Shown here piece by piece: positions 55,495-64,000 of a DNA stretch of 64,000 bases. The notes beneath the pieces were generated by a model. That model was not told where the DNA came from and did not search any database. It worked only from the letters and a program-made list of their open reading frames with translations. The stretch is taken from assembly GCA_051362555.1 (NCBI GenBank), contig CM120640.1:57080788-57144787 (forward strand), given 5' to 3'. The translations under genes and the position numbers were made by a program. Source of the stretch: Lingula anatina (taxonomy: Eukaryota > Animalia > Brachiopoda). Within the stretch, counting starts at the first letter, position 1; every line of letters begins with the position of its first letter.

Positions 55495-57718
55495 ATTTGC
55501 TCAACCAGGTCTTTGAGTCTTGGATGTCTGGTCAGGCTGAAAAGATGCAGGAGAACAAAAATGATTAAAAATTATGTATATAGGTCCTAACAGTGACTGA
55601 TGTCTTGGTACATGATAGTTTTGTTTAAGCTGTGTGCATTCCAGTTTAAACTCATTTCAAAAGATCAAACTGGAAAAAGGTTATTTAAAAAAAAAAATGA
55701 ATAAATAAAAAGGCAGTTTGATGTGAAGTTAATATAGAGATTTATTCATCGTGTTAGTGAGCTGTGAAATGTTGTAAATAAATGACAGGGTACTTAATAT
55801 ATGCGTGAAGCTAGAATATATAAGCTAAATAGAGGATCAATTGTACAGAAATAAACACCTTCCAGCATAAGGCATTATACATCCAAATAGTTTCATTTTG
55901 AGTCAATGGTCCCCTTGTTAAATGTAAATATTAATGATGTAAAGTCTCAATTGTTTATTATTTCTTTTTTTAAAATGCATTCCAGTATTCCAGGTTGTTA
56001 CATAATCAAGTTTATGTCATAAGATCAGACCGTGCAGTCAAATTGATAGCAGTGTGGTGCAAGTTCCTTTATGTCTCCTCCATCCCAAACTTCCCTTTAT
56101 TAAACTGTATAATTAGATAAATGATGTCTATCTTTTACATAGACTGCATACCAGCACATCTCCTGATAGGATGTGTAGGCGAATATTTATTCAAATAGCA
56201 TAAATAATTTCAGATTAATTTTATTTTCAATCTTTTATTGGATGTTTGTTGATCACTGTTACAGAAATGTAATCATATGTATAACATGTTATTGATATTA
56301 TGAGATTTATTTTTCTGTTAAGGTCAAAAATATTTAAATTTGTTTTAGAGTAAACAAGAGCTTTTTTTAAACTACTGACATGCCATAAAAACATTACTTG
56401 ATAACCAGGGGCAAAGTGTTGCTTTTGTCATATGTATAAATAGATTGAAAGCTCAAAAAAGCATTTGTATTTAAATAACATAGAGCAATCTGTATGTTCA
56501 TTCAGTCTGTAGCATGTGCAAGAAAGGTTTTCTATTGACAATCTTTTGTTTACAATATTATCAATCAAGTTCATAGAATAATGAAAACAGCAGGTTTTGT
56601 CTATTTATTGTTAACATGGATTTAAAAATATTAAAAAATTGACATTAAGTTGACTGTGTATATTTGGTAGATAGCATGCTTTCAAGTCAATGTAGTATTG
56701 AAATATTTTTGTGAAAATCAATTATATTGCTTTGCATAAAATCATGTTTGCCAAATATATAGTTGTACACAAATTAAATTGTACTTCCTTTAGCTAGTGT
56801 TTACCTATATTATAGATGTGCTTGCACGGTTGAAAGAAATTTCAATGTTCCAATGCAGGTGCATTTATTGAATGGGCATTCCTTGTGCAGATCTAAGAAA
56901 TATTAGTAATTCACTTAGTGCCCCAATGAATGAGATTAATTTCATAATGGAAATGAATTGGCAGATAGTGTATTAAATGATAAAAATCTGTGTACTCATA
57001 TGATATTAGCACAAGGTATAAGATAATGACTGATCTTTTCAATGGGCAAATATTATCAACTTTTCAGATACATAATTTTATAATAACAAAATTATATTTC
57101 TGTATAGCATTTGTGATGCTTTTACTGCATAGAATATGTTTATAGAATAACCTGCTTTTAAATTTGGTTGCTGCCACTCAGTAAATGTGATTTTAAGAAA
57201 TTATGACGTAAAAAATACAGTATCTGTAAAATTCACAATTTTTCTCAATTGAAAAGAGAGTAATTAGTGTAACTTTTGGAAAACTGATGCAAAATCATAA
57301 TTTCTCTCTTTGACAGTCTATGTTATTATTTGCATAATTAAGCAATGTGTCATAAGATAAACACTTCACACTTACACTATGTACTTCAGAAAACTTGGAA
57401 CAGTTCATCAGAATGAATAGATGGAATAAATAACCAAAGATAATGAGCAGTTCATCAGAATGAATAGATAGAATAATAGATAGAATAAATAACCAAAGAT
57501 AATGAGGATGGATTCAATATTTCTTGAAAGCAGTCACTTTTGAATTTAAACATTCATGCAATAGAAAGAAACGGGCAAAGCATAACAAATTATCCAGAGC
57601 TAACATACAATTGTACTTAAGCTGGTCTTAAACATAGTAGTTTAATAAAGGATGCAAACCCTTTTGAATAATTTCTCTTGTTATTCATACCAACAAAAGG
57701 CTCTTCAAATGCCTCTAA

Positions 57719-59199
57719 CTAGTAGCCCTTACTCTACATGCTTAGCACGTCATGATTTTCAAATGCTACATAGACTTTTGTTCCACTTTATATCTATCAC
57801 TGTTGTACATTCCTATTAAAACCCCCGTCACACTAGAGGCAGAATGAGCAAGAATGCCGTCGGAAAGACAATTCCTTGTGCATTCCTGGATATTCAAAGA
57901 GCATTCTAAAAATTCCAAGTGCATTTCAAATATTTTTACCTATTCTTGTGGTCGGCCTGAATGTTAAAAACTTTCGAAGTGCATTCCAAGTGAAAAATTA
58001 TTGAATGGCATTTGAATAGTATTCTAACTGCACTATGACTGCATTTTAAATATTCTAACTGCATTCTGGCAACATTCGAAACATTCTGATCACATTCGAG
58101 GGACATTTGAACTGGCACGTGACTTAAGGCCCCCGTCACACTTATCCGGAACCAGCAGGAATCAAGCAGAACCAGCTGGAATAAATTAATTGAAAAATTG
58201 GTGTCATAATCGGGAGGGAATATTGCGAATGTTGTTAGAATGCAGTCAGAATATTCCGAATGAAATTTAAATGCTGTATGAGTGTGGTTTGACTGCTGGC
58301 CGGATACAGGCTGAAGTATGTAAGAAGGTGCCTCGAATGATATACGAGGCGAGCTCAAATACAGTCAAAATGCTCCCGGTATGGCTGCCAATGATGGTTT
58401 GAATTATAAAGAATTCAAACAGAATGCAGCTGAAATACCTAATATACTCAAAATTACTTTCTAACATGTTAAGAATGTAACATGATGCCAAGAGTGTATA
58501 AATAACGCCACTGGAATGGTAACTGATCAGAATGTTTCGAATCATGAAGTGCTAAGCATGTAGAGTAAGGGCTACTAGTCGGAATGCCGTGAGAATATTT
58601 AGAATGCAGTCATAGTGCAGTTAAAATACTGTTCAAATGCCATTCGATAATTTTCCACTTGGAATGCACTTCAAAAGTTTTTGACATGAGCAAAACATTC
58701 GAGCCGGCCACAAGAATGGGTTAAAATACTTGGAATGCACTCGGAATTTTTAGAATGCTCTTCGAATATCCTGGAATGCACAAAGAATTGTATTTCCGAT
58801 GCCATTCTTAATCATTCCGCCTCTAGTGTGACGGGGGTATAAAATCCCGCCAGAATGTTTTGAATGTGCCTCGGATGAGCTGAAATATTAATTTTGCCAG
58901 CAATCAAACTACACTAGTACGCCATTCAAAGTATATTCTAAATATTCTTACTGCCTTCTGACAGCATTATATATATTCCTAGTTTTCCAACTACATTCAA
59001 ACTGCCTTTGAGAGCTAATACGAAAGTGCACTTATCATTCCAGGCAAATTCAAGCGCATTCTGAGTATTCCAACGGTACTCTTACAAGAATTAAGGTCAA
59101 TTTGAACTTTTTTCCCGAATGTGGTGCGGATTTTTAAAATTATTCATTCAGCCTCATTCTTCTTGATTCCTGCTGATTCTAATTAAGTGTGACGGGGCT
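57719..59199. mobile_element. Composite of interleaved TIR elements (Harbinger-like, CCCCGTCACACT ends)
   Basis: Four termini: CCCCGTCACACT at about 57822 and 58130; AGTGTGACGGGG ending at about 58837 and 59197. Long inverted arms (57821-58090 vs 58580-58838); GAATGC-rich interior. Confidence 0.8.
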
Positions 59200-59726
59200 A
59201 TAATGTAAAACATCTTGGGGTGATTTCTAAGTCTCAGATGGTTCTTCTGGTGAAAGTGTTAAGCTTGTGATATAGTTCTTGATACAGCATTTTAACAAGT
59301 AAAATTTTAACAAGTAGAGGGCATTTTAATAAAAATTAAACAAGATAAATCACTTGAAAATCCTAAATTGGTGTAATTTTATTTGAAAAAAAAAGAAGAC
59401 CACTTATAATAACAAATGCCCTGATAAAGATTATGTACATTTTATGTACATCATATGTTTAATATTAATGTTTCCTGATGCTTAATTTAATATACATTTT
59501 ATCAGTTTTTTTTATGTATCTTTTTATCTTCATGGATTTATGGGGATTTTTCCCATGAAAATTAAAAAAAATGACCAAATCACATAACTTATATTATAAA
59601 ATAGGATCTTTTTAAGAACCATGCCTGTACTACATTACTCTTTGGCTAAAGACTTACAATTATTATATGAAGGCTCAATTTTTTGAGAGAACTTTTAACA
59701 CAAAATAACTTAAACTTTTTTAATTC

Positions 59727-62700
59727 TTACAGTAAAGACACATTGCATATAGTTTTCCACTTGGTGCGAAGATCAGCAGGGGTTCTCTCCTTGTCAAATT
59801 TGAAACTTCTCAATATCACTTTCCAGTTGTAACCATGTTGGCGTACACCTCTTTTTAGTCTACGCAATTCACACAATGAGAATGGTTTGAAAGAATGTAG
59901 AGCTAGGCCTTGGTTACTTCCCATGTTCTTTTCTTTCTGTAAAGTCCATATGCTATAATGTTTAAATCTTGTTTTATAGTTGATCAGGAGATGACAGAAA
60001 ACTATAAACTCAAAAAGATTAGTAGACTTGTGATACACTTGTATGTAGTAGAATCTCAATAGTTATCACTACTAATCAAAAGTTACATTTGGTCCCAAAA
60101 AATATGAAAGCCAACTTACCTTAAGTCTGTAATATTTCTCTTTTAAATCTACTGAAGTTCTACACTGATGAAAAGGGTATGTGCATAGAATTTGGTTCCA
60201 TCTTGTTCCTAATTTACAAACACCCTCTGTCAAGTAGCTCAATTCTTTGTCTGTATAAGGTTTCCTCTGTCTGCGTCTTGGTATGGTGGACTTAGGTTTT
60301 AAATTAAATGAAATGGGACTGGAAGGTGGTGTTACCTAGCATAACAAATTTTGCACTCAATAAAACTGATTTTGAGAATAACTCCTGGTTGCCATATCAT
60401 TTGCCAACTTTTTATGTTAGTTTATCAGAAGTTAAACATTCAAGGTGTTATACATGTATGATCATAGATGTAGAAATAATATTTCAAACTCACCTTTTTC
60501 CCTAAATCATCCTCTGTTTCTGAACTCAGAAAGTCATATACATGTATGCTCTTATTTCCAGGTTCACTGAACTCTGACAAAGGTTGTCTTGGTATTTTTT
60601 TCCATGTTTGTTTCTTCTTTGCCACTGATAAATGATGCCGTTCCACATTTCTCAGTAGCCTGTGCTTGACACAAGCATACTGACTTGTCTCCAGTGCAAT
60701 GTTGAATGTTCTACTATTCAGCACAGGGCATCCAATAACTTCTGGTGTCTGACAACCTAAAGAAAAGTATCATTCAAAACTCTCTTTCTGCATGACTACA
60801 CGCATTTTAAAAGGATTCATAAAAGTGTATAATGATTAAAGTTACATTTGATTGAAGCAAGTATGGATTCCCTAAAATGCATATAAAACACTACTAGTTT
60901 CTTATACAACTCAAATGAGGTGAAACCGCATCGGGGTATTGTACCACCAACTGGAGTAAACACCTTCAGTGTTGTGTTTGACAAGCTCTACAAAATGCAG
61001 GCAACAAGAGTTCTCAATTTTTTGTCGAAAAAGAAAAATTTATAACTTAATCATGGGGATAAGTAAAAGGTAAAATCTATCTATGCCAGTTTTATAAGGG
61101 ACAAGAAAATTGCAAATTTCAATTCAAAGTGAAAAGTAAGTCAAGGTCAATTTCAAGGTCACAAATGAAACACTAGTAGTTTCTTATACAACAATGTGTG
61201 ATTTTCTATTCAAGTTCAATAGTAACTATGGGTGTATCTTTGCCAGTTTTGGAGATATAAGGCATAGGAAAGTTGCAAAGTTTAGTTCATGCTGAAAAGT
61301 ACAGTATGTTAAGGTCATTTTCAGGGTCACAGATAGATAGCAAGTATATGACTCCTACTCAAGTTCAATGTAACTATGGGCATATCTCTGTCAATTTTGG
61401 AGATATAAGGGATGAAAATTTGCAAAGTTCAGTTCATGGTGAAAAGTACTGTAGGTCAAAGGTTAATTTCGAGGTCACAGTTAGGTTCCCAGTATATGAG
61501 TTTCTATTCAACTAATTATAGGTGTATCTCTGCCAGTTTTGGAGACATAAGGACTAGAAAACTTGCAAAGTGCAGTTCTTGGTGAAAAGTACCGGTAGTT
61601 CAAAGGTCAATTTCAAAGTCACAGTTACATTGTCAGAATATGATTTCCCATTCATGTTCAATAGTAACTATGGGTGTAATTTTATTTTCAGCACTGAATA
61701 TTGCGATATATTTTTTAAATATAGCACAGTTTGTAAACTGTATGGGAAAAAAATGGACACCACCTCCAGTATTGCGCTTGAAAAGCTCTACAAAATACAG
61801 CAAACAAGAGGTCTCTACTATTTATGGTGTCAAAATTGGAGAGATTTCAGTTTTGACATTTGATGGCTGCTTCTCCTTGTTAAAATGCACTGATTGACCC
61901 CAAACCCCTGAAGATTAAAGAAGTCCCTAATTGTTACCTCTCACTGTAATATGAGAGCCTAGGTCTGTGTAGTTTCTAAAAATTGTCACAAATAAATTTT
62001 TTTTGCAAAGAATTCCTTTTTTTCAGAAAATTTTGGCCCATTTGACCCTAAAATAAAGGTCAAAGGTCTAATTCAAGGGCATATTTGCAATCTATAGTAA
62101 TTTCCCCCATAATTCCTTGGTTTTGGAGGTATTTAGCAAATTTCGGACAGAGGTGCATTGTGACGACTGCCACACCTAGACCGATGCACTGACAAAGCCC
62201 AAATTTACGTGGAGCAAGTTGAGATTATATGTGACCTAAATCCAAGAGAAAGGTAAACAGGGCTTTGTAGTCTAGGAGGAGAAGCGTTAATGGTGATGTG
62301 GTAGCGGAGCCGGTGGATACGGCAGACGGTACGAGTAGGGACAAAAACTATGTGTACCACCAGAGCTGCGCTGGTGGTACAATAAGTGTTTCTTACCTGG
62401 GCATTTAGAACAGCTCTTGTCTGCAGTATTCTTCCAATGATCTACATGTGAAAAACAAAATAAAATAAAATTAATTAAAAATTAATTAATTAATTAATTA
62501 ATATTTGCACAATAATCCATATGTATAAAACTAATATTATAGAACAGAATTTAAATGTGCTCTACAGTAATACAAATTCTCAAAATAATATAGCAAAATC
62601 ACATATTGCTAGTGAACAAATCAGAAATTATACAAATTGATTCTTTTATCAACATAAGTATCAACATCAATCACATACATTTTTCATTTTGCTCAGGTGC

Positions 62701-63825
62701 AGAGTGGTTTGAGTCTTCATCATAATATACCACAAAACATGTGTCAGTTGAATGTTTACATTTTACTGGCCTTGTAAGTGGTCTTGTAATCTTGGGCACA
62801 TTTTCTTGCAATTTACTGGGATCATGGTTTGGCTTTTCAGCCTGTTTAACCAGGTTGCAATCAAATTCTGATGCAGAATCTTCCACTTTCTCTCCATGCA
62901 GATTAGAGCTTTCTATTATTGAATCTTGAAAATTCAAGTGCCTCTTACTCTCTGTGGGGGCTGTAAAGCAATATTCCTGGTTATATGACCACCGTTGTTG
63001 CACTGGTGTAATGCAAATACCCTCTCTCTTTCCCTGCATTTTTCTTTGTTTGACTGGTGTCACACTTGTATCTTCTCTGTCTGCTACAGTGTAATGTTGC
63101 TTAGGATGAATGTTCTCTTTATGAGTCCATCTTCGATTTACTGGTGTAACACACACATCCTCCTGGACAGTCTGTGGAGGAAATCTTCTAGGCTCACTGC
63201 TTTCAGCCGATTCCATCCCCAAACCTAAATTATTTGCTTCAACAAGTCTCACTGGTCCTGTGTAACAACCATATGTCTTCCTAAATGGGTTTGATGGGAA
63301 ATCTCTAATTGCGTTTGTTGGCAGCAATGCTCTCTTCACAGTGTGACACAATGTGCTGCTTTTAGATGAGACAGATTCCTTTTCCTTCACTACCGCAGTA
63401 GGTCTGACGAACTTAGTTGTAGATGAATAAGACTTCTTTTTATTCACAACTATTTTAGGTTTAGCAAACTCAACACCTTGATTGATCTCAACAACAGGCA
63501 TTCTCTCAATGTTAGAACAAATAAAAGGTAGGGATGATGCACGATCAACTGTACTGAAACATGTTCCTGTGTGGTCAGTTAGGTTACACCTTATGGCTTC
63601 CTCCTCACCATTACATTTTGTAAGTTGTTTTTTGTGTACACTGCAATTTTCAGGAGTGTCAGTGCTTTTTTCTTGTTCAAGATTAGGTTGCCTGATGGAT
63701 TTCTGTAGAGACACCTCAGTTTTGTCAAGTGGTGCGTTAGAGCCAAAGTTTTCCTCATTTTTTTCCATTTCATCTTTTCTTTCTTCTCGTATTAGTAAGT
63801 TTTTGCTGTAGTAACCAGCACCTGA
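59727..63825 (-). CDS. TERB1: TERB1-like meiotic telomere bouquet protein, 3' part (5' exons outside window), with two C-terminal Myb domains
   Basis: Exons (minus) 62679-63825, 62397-62441, 60494-60756, 60120-60335, 59727-59936; GT-AG and in frame. KCPGC...LNSRTF..SQYACVKH resembles the TERB1 C..GC..LNSRNF..CPYQCDRH block. RRRQRKPYTDKELSYLTEGVCKLGTRWNQILCTYPFHQCRTSVDLKEKY resembles the TERB1 Myb domain (comparison from memory). A second Myb follows: PFS..E...L..GV..HG.NW..IL..F.F...RT..DL..KW. Confidence 0.85.
60915..62385 (-). mobile_element. HINE-like element, family C, with ~150-bp tandem units, in a TERB1 intron
   Basis: Minus-strand 5' end ttattGTACCACCAGcgcagctCTGGTGGTAC followed by CGTC-like low-complexity sequence; internal repeats with caaggtcaatttcaaggtcaca; distal sub-terminal repeat TGGTGGTACAAT near 60938-60949. 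Confidence 0.7.
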
Positions 63826-63896
63826 CTGAAATGAGAGCTTTTCATATTAAAAAAAAAAGAAAAATATATAAGATCTTAAACATGCCAAAACAGTTT

Positions 63897-64000
63897 AAAA
63901 CTAGAGGATCAGAGAGGCGATACCGCCTCCGAATGTTGTACCACCAGCTGGAGCAAGCGCATTCGTATAGACCCCCCACATACACAAAATAAGGGACACA
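63897..64000 (-). mobile_element. 3' end of another HINE family C copy (runs off the window)
   Basis: Minus strand: CTGGTGGTACAAC, hairpin GAGGCG-GTAT-CGCCTC, then CTAGTTTT. Confidence 0.7.

Noticed and set aside
57400-57506. Short ~47-bp tandem duplication (similar ones at 6757-6800 and 22810-22885)
   Set aside because: Ordinary slippage duplications with no sign of function.
57936-58545. 140-aa and 92-aa ORFs in the TIR composite as a transposase
   Set aside because: No DDE or DNA-binding motifs; products of the repetitive GAATGC-rich interior.

Overview
AT-rich, intron-containing eukaryotic DNA from an invertebrate animal. The repeat content suggests a lophotrochozoan or mollusc, but this is inference. 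Gene order: three tandem single-coding-exon KCTD6/KCTD21-like BTB/POZ genes (-); a 9-exon choline/ethanolamine kinase (+) divergent from them; a 5-exon RPL27A (-) with a TCT/TOP start; a multi-exon DENND2/ST5-like Rab GEF (+) head-to-head with RPL27A; and the 3' part of a TERB1-like meiotic telomere protein (-) with two tandem Myb domains. Introns and spacers carry many non-autonomous DNA elements: Helentron/HINE-like elements with ~150-160-bp tandem arrays, TTAA-flanked Kolobok-like MITEs, Harbinger-like and Tc1-like MITEs, and foldbacks. The most unusual signal is in RPL27A intron 3. It has long-range complementary arms, two motifs antisense to the start of exon 4 and a decoy copy of the exon-4 start leading to a premature stop, and these enclose a hairpin-rich H/ACA-like segment. 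Together they suggest a candidate RNA-structure splicing switch. All exon structures were assembled by eye from GT-AG sites and frame continuity, without transcript data.
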